A stretch of 64,000 nucleotides of DNA from Candidatus Microgenomates bacterium (GTDB lineage Bacteria; Patescibacteriota; Microgenomatia; UBA8517). The position numbers were made by a program, and so were the translations under genes. Below are positions 47,909-57,660 of the stretch, in pieces (within the stretch, counting starts at the first letter, position 1; every line of letters begins with the position of its first letter). The notes beneath the pieces are model-generated. The model had not been told where the DNA came from. It saw nothing but the letters and a program-made list of their open reading frames with translations, and did not search any database. The DNA lies in assembly GCA_049519355.1 (NCBI GenBank), contig JBEKQV010000001.1, positions 150,408 to 214,407 on the forward strand. The letters run 5' to 3'.

Positions 47909-50083
47909 TTATTGTTCGGGTTGTACATCAAGGGTAATATTACCCGGAATCCTGGGAAGTGTGTCTAGAGGCGGAGGGAATTTAAAGTTTATTGTCACCT
48001 CAGCGTGCCCAAAACCGGGAATTGAATCCAGATAATTTTGTGCCACCGATGGAGTTTTACCGGCAATAAGACTAATTACCTTTTGTGTATCGATTTGGGG
48101 CAAAAAGTTGGCGCCAACCGTAACGTTATAACTATAATTTCCATTAAGTTGTCCGACATACACAAATTGAAAATCTATCTGGCTATCGCTTAATGAATAA
48201 CCGGCAGGAATTTTATCATTCAAAACACCCTTGGCGTATTCCAAAAGTTTTGACTTGTCCGCAGCAAGTCCTGTGGCATTTAGAGCCAGATCAAGTTTAA
48301 GACTATCCGCCTGATCCCCAACTTTATGGTCAAAACTCTCCGATACGGTATCTAACCCGGCCAAACCGGTAACAAAAATCTGATCTGTTGAAACTTTTGC
48401 CGAAATATCACTCTGAGCATTCTGGGTAAGTTCGGACTTAAGATCCGCTTCCAAACTGGTTTGATCATCTTTACTAACCGCTGATACTTCCTGACTGCTG
48501 CCTCCCGAAAAATCTGCAGTCGAGGTTGCCGCCACAAGCGCCTTTGAATAGTTTCCTACACTGAAAACTTCACCTTTTGCCAAATTATATTGGGCTCCGA
48601 TATCACCCGCAGATACATCAACATTTGCAGTTCCGGGTGAACCCGGCAGGATCTGTCCGGAAACTGAAGCCGTGGAAACCGTTACAAATTTAAGGCCTGC
48701 GGAAGAGGTAAGAATTGTACCCGCAGATAAATTTATTGCCGCACCATTACCGTTAGCTATCTGAACACTACCCGTAGATCTATTCCCGATTAACTGGGTG
48801 CCTGTAGCCGACTTTGTCTTTTCACCTTTGACCTGATCGGTAATCACTTGCGCCGGAATAATACCGTTCGCCGCGTCAAATTGACCGTTTGGACTAAACG
48901 AAACCTGCACCTGCTGTTCAAATCTTTTAGGAGTAACGAAAACAGTGATTTTCGCTTTTGGATAAAACCACCAAAAGACTCCGGCTCCAATGACGGCAAC
49001 AACCGCAAGAACCAAGAAAATAATCCACGAATTACTTTTTACACGCGGGGCGGCAGGTGTTTTTGCACCAACTTTTGCCGAGAAAGAATGAAAAAGATTC
49101 TTAGATTTTGCCAAATACTCACCGGCTAATTTTGCCGGATTAAAAGCTGCCTTTGGGCTAGGAACAGGAATTACCGGTTGCGGCGGAACCACATTTTGGA
49201 TTTCGGCGGTTCTCGCGGCAACATCCTCTCCGATGGCAAAACCCATATTTTCAGGTGGTACGGTTTCTTCAATCAACTCCTCGTTGTCTTCCGTTTTTTC
49301 TTCATCTTGAGGTTCTACTGAAGCAACCTGAGACACATGACCGATTTCCGCCGCCCCGGCTAGAGAAGTGGCCAAGACCTTTCTGTCGGAACTTAGTATC
49401 TCGGCTTTGGGAGTGTGCAAAAATTTAACCTTTTCACTTTCCGACCAGGAGGCCTGCATAAGAACATTTTTTGCTTCCTCCAGTTCGCCTTCGCGTCCGT
49501 CGTAGACAACAAAACGTGACGGAAGCGGTACTGCTCCCTCAAATCTGGAAAGTCCTTCCGTAACGTCCTCAATAAGAGAGACGCTTCTTGAAACCTCCGT
49601 CGTACCAACCAGGTTCCCTAACTTAAACACCGATATTTCCAAATATTCCTCCCCCAATTTCAAAACCACGGCGCTTAGGGGCGCTCCTTCCTCGGATTTA
49701 TAAAGATGGGCGATTGCTTCCGGAAGAACTACAAATCCCACAGGAACCAGGGACAACTCCGCACAAAGTTTTTTAATCTTACTCAAATACTCTTCTTTAA
49801 TTTCTCCACCTTTAACCCAAGATGCAGAAACTCCGAAAACCGTTTTATTGGGCTCTTTATAATCCTCGGGGAGCTTTTGAACTGCGGAAGAAAGTGCGGC
49901 ATCCGCCGCACCCAAAAGTTCTTCATCGGTTGACCAGGCGGCACCACTACTTACACTAATCACTTCGGCGGCAGTTTCACCTATATACCAAATTCCCGCC
50001 TGGATCCAATCCTCCTCTATCACAAGCGACCAATAAAGTTCAGGAGGATGTTCCCTACTAGCTAAAAAGTCTTTGAGGTTCAT
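47909..50083 (-). CDS. membrane protein: actin-like (FtsA/PilM-like) N-domain, TM, baseplate J/gp47-like C-domain
   Basis: TM WIIFLVLAVVAVIGAGVFWWF; C-terminal ATG-TGSVQI-AGTIL-G-F-AGDIGAQYN-GG pattern of CPR baseplate-J-like proteins; N-domain assignment is inference. Confidence 0.65.
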   Translation of the reverse strand: MNLKDFLASREHPPELYWSLVIEEDWIQAGIWYIGETAAEVISVSSGAAWSTDEELLGAADAALSSAVQKLPEDYKEPNKTVFGVSASWVKGGEIKEEYLSKIKKLCAELSLVPVGFVVLPEAIAHLYKSEEGAPLSAVVLKLGEEYLEISVFKLGNLVGTTEVSRSVSLIEDVTEGLSRFEGAVPLPSRFVVYDGREGELEEAKNVLMQASWSESEKVKFLHTPKAEILSSDRKVLATSLAGAAEIGHVSQVASVEPQDEEKTEDNEELIEETVPPENMGFAIGEDVAARTAEIQNVVPPQPVIPVPSPKAAFNPAKLAGEYLAKSKNLFHSFSAKVGAKTPAAPRVKSNSWIIFLVLAVVAVIGAGVFWWFYPKAKITVFVTPKRFEQQVQVSFSPNGQFDAANGIIPAQVITDQVKGEKTKSATGTQLIGNRSTGSVQIANGNGAAINLSAGTILTSSAGLKFVTVSTASVSGQILPGSPGTANVDVSAGDIGAQYNLAKGEVFSVGNYSKALVAATSTADFSGGSSQEVSAVSKDDQTSLEADLKSELTQNAQSDISAKVSTDQIFVTGLAGLDTVSESFDHKVGDQADSLKLDLALNATGLAADKSKLLEYAKGVLNDKIPAGYSLSDSQIDFQFVYVGQLNGNYSYNVTVGANFLPQIDTQKVISLIAGKTPSVAQNYLDSIPGFGHAEVTINFKFPPPLDTLPRIPGNITLDVQPEQ

Positions 50084-50085
50084 GC

Positions 50086-51897
50086 TTATTTCTCAAGCGA
50101 TGCATATATCCGGATAATTCCGGATCCTATTTTCTCTTGTTTAATTATTTTAACACTACCGATAGCGGCCGTGTGAGTTACGTGAGGACCTCCGCACACT
50201 TCTTTAGAAAAAAATACCCCGTCAGGATCCCCAATTGTATAAACCTTCACTTTTTCGCCGTATTTTTCGGCAAAGAAATGCATTGCACCCGCGTTAATCG
50301 CATCAGTTAGCGGCATTTCGGTAAAGCTTACAGGAAGATCTTCTTTTATTTTTAAGTTAATCAGATCCTCGACTTTCTTAATTTCGTCATCTGTTAATTT
50401 CTGTGGATGAGAAAAATCAAACCTCAGCCGCGCTGATGTAATATGACTTCCCTTCTGACCTACATGCTCACCTAATATCTGACGCAGCGCCGCGTGAAGA
50501 AGATGTGTTGCCGTATGAAGTTTGGTTGTAACTTCCGAAGCCTCCGCCAAACCTCCTTTAAACATCCCCGCCGATGCCGTGCGGGACGCGTCTTTGTGTT
50601 TTTCAAACTCGGCTTCAAAAGCATTTTTTTCCGCCGGAGTAAAAGTCACACCGTTTTGCTTAAGAATTTCCGTAGTCAGCTCGAGGGGAAAACCCTCGGT
50701 TTGGTAGAGGTCAAAAGCCACTTTGCCGTCAATTTTAGTCCCTTCGGAAACAAGAGCGGTTAATTTCGCAAGTCCTCTTTTTAGTGCAGTTTCAAACCTT
50801 GTTGCTTCCGCAGTCAAGTTTTCTTCAACAACTTGCCAATTTTTATCAACATTTGGATAAAACTTTCGCAAATCCTCTGCAACACTGGCGACTTCCCCTC
50901 CCGAAATTCCGGTACCAAGGAGGTGAAAATGAAACATCGCCCTACGGATTAGTCTTCTAAGGGCATATCCGTGAAGTTTGTTTCCAGGAATAACTCCTTC
51001 GCTCAACAAATTTACCGATGCCCGTAGATGATCTGCAATAATGCGAAAACTTCTGTCCTTGACAGAATCAGTATCATAATCAACTCCAACTTCCTCACCA
51101 ACTTTTTTGATGACACCAGAAAACATATCAATTTTAAAAATATCGGGGTCATTATTAACGGCTGCAGCAATTCGTTCAAGTCCGCCGCCGAAGTCGACAT
51201 TTTTCTGCGGCAATTCGGTCAGCTTTCCGTCCTGATTCTTTTGATACTGCATAAAAACGGAATTTCCTATTTCCAGGAATTTTCCACAATCACAATTCGG
51301 GTGACAGAACTTTCCGAAACTTGGATCATGTTTAACATCTTCAAACTCAAAAAATATTTCCGAATCCGGACCTCCAATTTCCCCTGCCGGCATTTTGTCG
51401 GGGGACCCGGCACGCGACCACCAGTTTTTATCGGCACCGTAAAAATGAATATGGTCATCAGTTAAACCTAAACTTTTCCAAATTTTGAAAGACTCAGTGT
51501 CTTTAGGAACCTCTGAGTTGCCTTCAAAAACACTTACATAAAGTTTTTTGGGGTCAAGCATTAACTCCTTAGTCATAAATTCCCAAACCCAGGGGATTTG
51601 TTCTCTTTTGAAATAATCTCCCAGACTCCAATTTCCCAGCATTTCAAAAAAAGTCGTGTGGCGGTTGTCCCCAACTTCCTCGATATCTTGTAAACGGAGA
51701 GAGGGCTGGGAATCAACCAGACGAACCCCTTTGGAATGTTTTTCACCCTTGAGGTACGGGACCAGCTGTTGCATACCGCTCGACGTAAAAAGAGTCGTCG
51801 GGTCGGAATCAATTACCAAGGGTGAGGGTGCAATTTCTTTATGTCCCCGTTTAATAAAAAAGTCTAAATATTTTTTGCGGATTTCTGAAGTCGTCAT
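50086..51897 (-). CDS. alaS: alanine--tRNA ligase (short form, no C-Ala domain)
   Basis: HTTFFEMLGN, DHLRA, HTATHLLH and CGGPHV editing motifs. Confidence 0.96.
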   Translation of the reverse strand: MTTSEIRKKYLDFFIKRGHKEIAPSPLVIDSDPTTLFTSSGMQQLVPYLKGEKHSKGVRLVDSQPSLRLQDIEEVGDNRHTTFFEMLGNWSLGDYFKREQIPWVWEFMTKELMLDPKKLYVSVFEGNSEVPKDTESFKIWKSLGLTDDHIHFYGADKNWWSRAGSPDKMPAGEIGGPDSEIFFEFEDVKHDPSFGKFCHPNCDCGKFLEIGNSVFMQYQKNQDGKLTELPQKNVDFGGGLERIAAAVNNDPDIFKIDMFSGVIKKVGEEVGVDYDTDSVKDRSFRIIADHLRASVNLLSEGVIPGNKLHGYALRRLIRRAMFHFHLLGTGISGGEVASVAEDLRKFYPNVDKNWQVVEENLTAEATRFETALKRGLAKLTALVSEGTKIDGKVAFDLYQTEGFPLELTTEILKQNGVTFTPAEKNAFEAEFEKHKDASRTASAGMFKGGLAEASEVTTKLHTATHLLHAALRQILGEHVGQKGSHITSARLRFDFSHPQKLTDDEIKKVEDLINLKIKEDLPVSFTEMPLTDAINAGAMHFFAEKYGEKVKVYTIGDPDGVFFSKEVCGGPHVTHTAAIGSVKIIKQEKIGSGIIRIYASLEK

Positions 51898-51915
51898 GGC
51901 TAAAGTATATCATTA

Positions 51916-52149
51916 TTAGCCGCCGTGAGTTTCGAGTTTTTTACCTTTGTGAAGAAGTTCCAGAACGGAACTTAACTTTTCCGGGCGGATTAATCCGCCA
52001 CCAAGAATTGCATCCTCAAGAATAGAATTTAGTCTTTTGATAGCGCGTCTTAGATCAATAATTATAAGCATTACCTGAACCCCCACGATTACAAGTAAAA
52101 GCGTCAAACTTATCACTACTATTATCAAAAGTGTTTGAACGGAATCCAT
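51916..52149 (-). CDS. small membrane protein
   Basis: 77 aa, N-terminal TM followed by amphipathic helix. Confidence 0.7.
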   Translation of the reverse strand: MDSVQTLLIIVVISLTLLLVIVGVQVMLIIIDLRRAIKRLNSILEDAILGGGLIRPEKLSSVLELLHKGKKLETHGG

Positions 52150-52154
52150 ATCTA

Positions 52155-52775
52155 TTATTCTACAGTAATTTTCCGAGAAATAATTCTTTCTTTTCCTGAT
52201 CTGGAAACGGCATCAATAACAATTTCTTTTGTTGACAGGGAAACTCCAATTGAGACAGAAAACTTTCCGTCCTGATCGACCAGAACCGGCTGATCATCTA
52301 TGGTAAGTTTTACATCCGTATCCGTAGTTCCAAAAACCAGGACGGAGTTTCCCATGACAATCTGATTTTCTTTGGGACTATCTACAGTTAAGCCGGGTGA
52401 TGAGATAAATCTATTATATTGATAGCCAAGATACCCGAGAGTCGCAAGAATAACAAAGCCTATCCCTACCGCAAAAGTAAGTTTCGGGCTCCAGGCAAAA
52501 TGGGAGGAAACATCGGGTTTGGGAATAATGTTTAAGACCTTAGGCGGATAATCACGTTTAAGAACCGCAATTATCATCTTTTCGTCAATTCCTAATGGAC
52601 CCGAAATACTTTTTACAAATCCTAAAACCGTTGGGAAAGGGGGAAGGGACTGCCATTTTTCCTTCTCAATAGACTCAATAAACACAGCCTTTATTTTGGT
52701 TATTTCTTCGAGGCGCTTAAAAGAAAGTCTTTTTTTGGCGCGGGCATCGCCAATGATTTGGCCAATTGTTTTCAT
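52155..52775 (-). CDS. RodZ-like HTH membrane protein with C-terminal Ig-like domain
   Basis: TIGQII..AR, ITKI...IESIE, LP...GFVK HTH; TM; adjacent to ftsK. Confidence 0.75.
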   Translation of the reverse strand: MKTIGQIIGDARAKKRLSFKRLEEITKIKAVFIESIEKEKWQSLPPFPTVLGFVKSISGPLGIDEKMIIAVLKRDYPPKVLNIIPKPDVSSHFAWSPKLTFAVGIGFVILATLGYLGYQYNRFISSPGLTVDSPKENQIVMGNSVLVFGTTDTDVKLTIDDQPVLVDQDGKFSVSIGVSLSTKEIVIDAVSRSGKERIISRKITVE

Positions 52776-54868
52776 TTGCCCATCGTTTCCAAAAACTCAT
52801 CAGCATTTTGAACTAAAACCTCACGCGCCTTACTGCCTCCTGTAGTTGGTGCAATAACACCGGCGGCTTCAAGTTGATCAACAATCCGGGCCGCACGAGC
52901 ATAACCAATTGAAAGTCTTCTTTGGAGAAGTGAAGCCGATGCTCTATCGTACTGGCAAACCACCTTAACAGCCTCCCTAAACAAATCGTCAATGTTCCCC
53001 TCCACACCCGCAACCGAAACTGTGCCTGCCTTGGCCATAGTCGTTACCTCATCCGTATATTGAGGTGTAACACCCTGATCCTTAAGAAAAGCGACCAACG
53101 CTCCAATCTCTCTGTCGTTTACAAAAGCACCCTGAATTCTTACCGGTTTTGCCTGCTCAGGAGGAAGATAAAGCATATCTCCCTTGCCTAAAAGTTTTTC
53201 GGCCCCCTGAGTATCCAAAATAACTCTCGAGTCTACTTGCGAGGCAACGGCAAAAGCAATTCGGGACGGAATATTGGCCTTAATAAGACCTGTGATGACA
53301 TCAACCGATGGTCTCTGTGTTGCAAGCACCATATGAATTCCGGTTGCCCGGCTCATCTGGGCAATCCGGGTTATATCATCTTCAACCTCAACCGGACTAA
53401 AAAGCATAATATCCGCAAGTTCATCAATAAAAAGAACAATATAGGGAAGAACCTGGAAACCTGACATCTCGTTATATGCGTCAATATTCCTGGCTCCCGC
53501 CTGGGCAAAAAGTTTATAGCGCCTATCCATTTCGGCCAAAATCCAGCGAAGGGCCGAAAGAACTTTATCCGGTTCAACTATGACGGGGGAAAGAAGATGC
53601 GGAATTCCGTTGTAATGCGTAAGTTCCACCCTCTTCGGATCAACCAGAATTAGTTTGACCTCAGTCGGGGCCGCTCTAAAAAGAAGAGATCCCAGGAAAG
53701 CATTTATACAAACGGATTTTCCGGAACCGGTTTGACCGGCAATAAGAACATGAGGCATTTTAGCTATATCGGCAACAATCGGCTTTCCCGAAACATCCAA
53801 TCCCAGGGAAACTGCAAGTTTTGATTTTGCAGCTTGCATTTCCTCAGATTCCATCATCTTCCTCAAAGGCACAAACTCGGCGGATCTATTCGGAAGCTCA
53901 ATTCCCACAAGGTTGCGTCCGGGAATAGGAGCCTCAATTCTTATAGTACCAGTAGGCGCCGAAAGGGCTAAGGCCAGATCGCGCTCCAAAGAGGTAATTT
54001 TTGAAAGTTTGGTTCCAAGGGCAACTTCGAGAGCGTATTGGGTAACCGCCGGTCCCAGATTTACCTCAACCACACGCGCCGTGATACCGAAAGATTCAAG
54101 AGTTTTTTCAATTGTTGCCGCATTTCCTTTGATATCGCCTCTATCCGCCTTACCTGTTTCAATTTCACTTAAGATATCAAGGCTCGGATATCTCCAAACT
54201 TTTTCCTCCCCGGGAATATTGCTCACAAGTTTTTCTTCCAGTGTCTCGGGAGGATTCGTAGGACCACCAACTCTTGATGTTGCGGGTGATTGGAAAGGCG
54301 CACCACCCGAAACTTTCAAAGGACTTTTGGAAAGCGGCTTCCCGCCAACTTTAAACTGTTCCCCGCCGCCCCTGATATATATTCCTATCTGGCGGAAAAA
54401 CTCCTTGCCGATTTTGTAAACCTGATCTATCGAGGTGTTGAAAAGAATAATAAGTCCCACTAGGGCAACACCGGCAAAAATTATTGCCGCACCCACCCCG
54501 GTAACCAGCACGGCAATTGCATCCCAAATTCCAAGTCCTACAATTCCGGCCCGTCCTAAAGCAGCGACGGCAATAAAGAAAAGCAAGCCTCCGACAATTA
54601 CGTTCGGTTGTCCAAGAACAAATTTAATTTTGGAAAGAAGAAATGCAAATGCCAAGAAGATAAAGGGCAAAAAAACCGAAGACCAGGAGAAATAATTAAG
54701 TAAAATATCGTTGAATTTAATAAGAATCGCCCCTTGGCGCGAGAAGGAAATAAGGACAAGAACCGCAATCGCAGAAAAAATAATCTGGGAAATTGAAAAA
54801 ACAGATTCCTGCTTAAGCTTCAGCCTAAAACCACGTTTAGTAAATCTTTTTCTTTTCTTAAGTGCCAT
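52772..54868 (-). CDS. ftsK: DNA translocase FtsK/SpoIIIE
   Basis: N-terminal TMs, MPHVLIAGQTGSGKS, IDELAD, ATQRPS, gamma domain LQRRLSIGYARAAR. Confidence 0.97.
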   Translation of the reverse strand: MALKKRKRFTKRGFRLKLKQESVFSISQIIFSAIAVLVLISFSRQGAILIKFNDILLNYFSWSSVFLPFIFLAFAFLLSKIKFVLGQPNVIVGGLLFFIAVAALGRAGIVGLGIWDAIAVLVTGVGAAIIFAGVALVGLIILFNTSIDQVYKIGKEFFRQIGIYIRGGGEQFKVGGKPLSKSPLKVSGGAPFQSPATSRVGGPTNPPETLEEKLVSNIPGEEKVWRYPSLDILSEIETGKADRGDIKGNAATIEKTLESFGITARVVEVNLGPAVTQYALEVALGTKLSKITSLERDLALALSAPTGTIRIEAPIPGRNLVGIELPNRSAEFVPLRKMMESEEMQAAKSKLAVSLGLDVSGKPIVADIAKMPHVLIAGQTGSGKSVCINAFLGSLLFRAAPTEVKLILVDPKRVELTHYNGIPHLLSPVIVEPDKVLSALRWILAEMDRRYKLFAQAGARNIDAYNEMSGFQVLPYIVLFIDELADIMLFSPVEVEDDITRIAQMSRATGIHMVLATQRPSVDVITGLIKANIPSRIAFAVASQVDSRVILDTQGAEKLLGKGDMLYLPPEQAKPVRIQGAFVNDREIGALVAFLKDQGVTPQYTDEVTTMAKAGTVSVAGVEGNIDDLFREAVKVVCQYDRASASLLQRRLSIGYARAARIVDQLEAAGVIAPTTGGSKAREVLVQNADEFLETMGK

Positions 54869-54898
54869 AAGCTAAACCCATTGTATATCGAAGTTACG

Positions 54899-56551
54899 TT
54901 AAACCTCAACAACCACAGGCATTATCATGGGGCGGCGGCCTGTTTTTTGATAAAAGTATCTTTCAAGAAAATCAATCGCGATATTTCTAACCACCTGGGC
55001 CGTTATCGACTTCTTTTTTTGAGTTGCCTTTGCAAGTTCGCGTGATGCCTCTTCCAAAATTCTTCCGTACTTTTGTTCAAAAACAAAACCCCTACTTAAG
55101 ATTTCCGGTGGTGCCATAATCGCTCCCGCGTTTCTGTCAAAATGAATTATGGCAATGACTATGCCTTCCTTAGAAAGAATATGCCTATCCCGAAGGACTA
55201 CATTTCCGACATCTCCGATTCCAAGACCATCAACCAGTATTTCTTTTACAGGCACCTTACCTGCTCTTCTTGCGTTTTGATTACTAAATTCAACAATCTC
55301 TCCCGGCAAAAGCTCAAGTATGTCACTTTCGGTTGCTCCCATTCTCTGGGCAATAAGTCCATAGGCTATCATGTGCCTAATCGTTCCGCCAATCGGAATA
55401 AAGTACTTTGGCTTAACCAAAGCAAAAAGCATTTCAATATCTCCTATGCTCCCGTGACCGGAGACATGCAAATCCTCCTGCATATCGTAATAGTGAACAT
55501 CAACATCACTTTCTATAAGTTTATCCACCAAAAAGTCGACGTTTCCTTTACTTCCAGGTGGAGCAGGATCGGAAGAAAATATCACAACGTCTCCTTTGCC
55601 GACAGTTAAGAAATCATGATCCCCCAGAGCCAATCTATAAAGAGCACTTCCCGGCTGTCCATAGCTTCCGGAGATAATATAGAGAATTTTTTCCGGCGGA
55701 AGATGCGAAGCTTGTTTTGACTTAATAACCAATCCGTTGGGGTAGAATAAGTAACCAAGATCTTTTGCAATTAAAGCTTTTCTTTCAATCGACCTTCCTA
55801 TTAGAACCACTTTTCTTCCAAGCTTCGCGGCAACATTAATCGTTTGCTGCATACGGCTGATATTACTTGAGATTGTGGTTAAATAAATTTTTCCTTTGGC
55901 GTCCTGAGCAATAGACTCGATTCTCCCTTCAATCGCCCGCTCGCTTTCGGTATAACCTGGAGTGTTAGCCCCCAAAGCATCAGAGGCAAGTGCCAGCGCT
56001 CCTTGCGAAGCCAGAGTCGCAACTTTGGCTGCATCGAAAGGTTTATTATCAACCGGCGTCCAATCAAATTTATAATCCGGTACGTGGAAAATTTTCCCTT
56101 CCGGTGTATCGATGCAAAAACCTACTCCGTCAGGAACCGAATGACTTACCCTAAAAGGAGTAACCTTGAAAACTCCAAGAGTTAAAATATCCCGCTCGGG
56201 GTTAAATATGGAAATTTTTGGAGGTTCCATGTCGTAATCCTCAAATTTATCCTGAATAAATCCTCCCACAAGTTTTGTGGCATATATCGTAGTTTTTACC
56301 TCTTTAAGAAGGAAGGGAAGACCACCAAGATGATCCTCATGTCCGTGGGAAATCAAAACACCGCGGAGTTTTGCAGCATTATTTTTGATATAAGAAAAGT
56401 CGGGAATAACAAGGTCGACCCCGAACATTTCGGCTTCGGGAAATCCTACGCCACAATCCACGACAATCATATCATTGCCGTACTCGTAGACGTAGAGATT
56501 CTCGGTTACTCCAGTAGTGCCCGAAAGGGCTATGAATTTTAAGGCAGACAT
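54899..56551 (-). CDS. rnj: ribonuclease J
   Basis: HGHEDHLG, HSVPD, HVSGH, RRPMIMPV. Confidence 0.95.
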   Translation of the reverse strand: MSALKFIALSGTTGVTENLYVYEYGNDMIVVDCGVGFPEAEMFGVDLVIPDFSYIKNNAAKLRGVLISHGHEDHLGGLPFLLKEVKTTIYATKLVGGFIQDKFEDYDMEPPKISIFNPERDILTLGVFKVTPFRVSHSVPDGVGFCIDTPEGKIFHVPDYKFDWTPVDNKPFDAAKVATLASQGALALASDALGANTPGYTESERAIEGRIESIAQDAKGKIYLTTISSNISRMQQTINVAAKLGRKVVLIGRSIERKALIAKDLGYLFYPNGLVIKSKQASHLPPEKILYIISGSYGQPGSALYRLALGDHDFLTVGKGDVVIFSSDPAPPGSKGNVDFLVDKLIESDVDVHYYDMQEDLHVSGHGSIGDIEMLFALVKPKYFIPIGGTIRHMIAYGLIAQRMGATESDILELLPGEIVEFSNQNARRAGKVPVKEILVDGLGIGDVGNVVLRDRHILSKEGIVIAIIHFDRNAGAIMAPPEILSRGFVFEQKYGRILEEASRELAKATQKKKSITAQVVRNIAIDFLERYFYQKTGRRPMIMPVVVEV

Positions 56552-56555
56552 TTTG

Positions 56556-57176
56556 TTAAACAAGACTCATTTGTTCCGATTTCGGAATATTTTTTTTCTT
56601 TTCCTCGGCAATCTTTTTGAGTGCATCGGGGAGCCGTAAAAAATCTTCTTTCTCCTGTCGCATTACTTCCCCATTCCTAAGCGCCGCGGCCGGGTGATAC
56701 ATCGGAATTACAAAAAGATCTTTGTCTTTCCAGTTTACTCTAAAAAGTTTTCCGTGGGCAGAGGAAATTTTGGCGGAGGGCAAAAACTTTCCCATTGAGT
56801 ACCTTCCGAGTGTAACGATAACTTCGGGATCGATTATATTAATCATCTCGTCCAGATATTTTCCGTAAGCCGCCATTTCTTCCGGAAGCGGGTCCCTATT
56901 TTCCGGAGGTCGGTGATGAACAACATTTGTAATGTAGACACTTTCTCTGGGCATTTCGATTGACCTAAGAAGTTGATCTAAAAATTTACCGGCATTTCCA
57001 ACGAAAGGTTCTCCTTTCATATCTTCCCAATAACCCGGGCCTTCACCGATAAAAAGAATTTTTGTCTCGGGATCTCCGACTCCAAAAACAAGTCTTGTGG
57101 CAACTTTTTTAAGAGGAAGGGAATCGTCCGCTTCCATTTTTTCTTTTAACTTCTGAAGTTCTTCCGCCTTAGTCAT
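56556..57176 (-). CDS. udg: uracil-DNA glycosylase family 4, cysteine-free
   Basis: GEGPG..ED..GEPFVG.AG, RPPENR, YHPAA. Confidence 0.92.
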   Translation of the reverse strand: MTKAEELQKLKEKMEADDSLPLKKVATRLVFGVGDPETKILFIGEGPGYWEDMKGEPFVGNAGKFLDQLLRSIEMPRESVYITNVVHHRPPENRDPLPEEMAAYGKYLDEMINIIDPEVIVTLGRYSMGKFLPSAKISSAHGKLFRVNWKDKDLFVIPMYHPAAALRNGEVMRQEKEDFLRLPDALKKIAEEKKKNIPKSEQMSLV

Positions 57177-57645
57177 CTATTATAAATTCTACCTTATTTG
57201 TCTCCGTATTATAAATTGCAAAGTTATTTCCTTTAATAATCGCCCCGGGCCGGACAACTTTTACATCTGCAACAATACTTTCGTCTTTTGAATGTATGTG
57301 ACCGCAGAAAATAATATCAAGTTTTTTATCCTTAAAATATTTTTTTAAATCGCTCGGTTTATGAGTTATGCCAATTTTCCTGCCACCCAAATCAAATTCA
57401 AGAAAATCTTCCGAAAACATTTTACTTTTCAACTCCAAAATTTTAATTACTTCCGGCCGGATATCGGCATTTCCCAAAACGGTATATAAAGGGATTTTAA
57501 AAGAAACAACTGCTTCGACAGATTCAATCGTATTCCAATCGCCGCAATGAATTACGGCGGAAACTCCATACTTTTTTGCAAAACCCATTACAAGTTTTAA
57601 ATTCGCAACATGACCGTGAGAATCCGACATAACTAATATCTTCAT
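57169..57645 (-). CDS. YfcE/MJ0936 family metallophosphoesterase
   Basis: SDSHG, HCGD, GNAD, TH, GHIH, PG motifs. Confidence 0.9.
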   Translation of the reverse strand: MKILVMSDSHGHVANLKLVMGFAKKYGVSAVIHCGDWNTIESVEAVVSFKIPLYTVLGNADIRPEVIKILELKSKMFSEDFLEFDLGGRKIGITHKPSDLKKYFKDKKLDIIFCGHIHSKDESIVADVKVVRPGAIIKGNNFAIYNTETNKVEFIIDD

Positions 57646-57660
57646 ATTTCCTATTCTATA

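Noticed and set aside
47909-50083. Prophage or contractile injection system
   Set aside because: No sheath, tube, capsid or other phage genes nearby; the protein is membrane-anchored among housekeeping genes.
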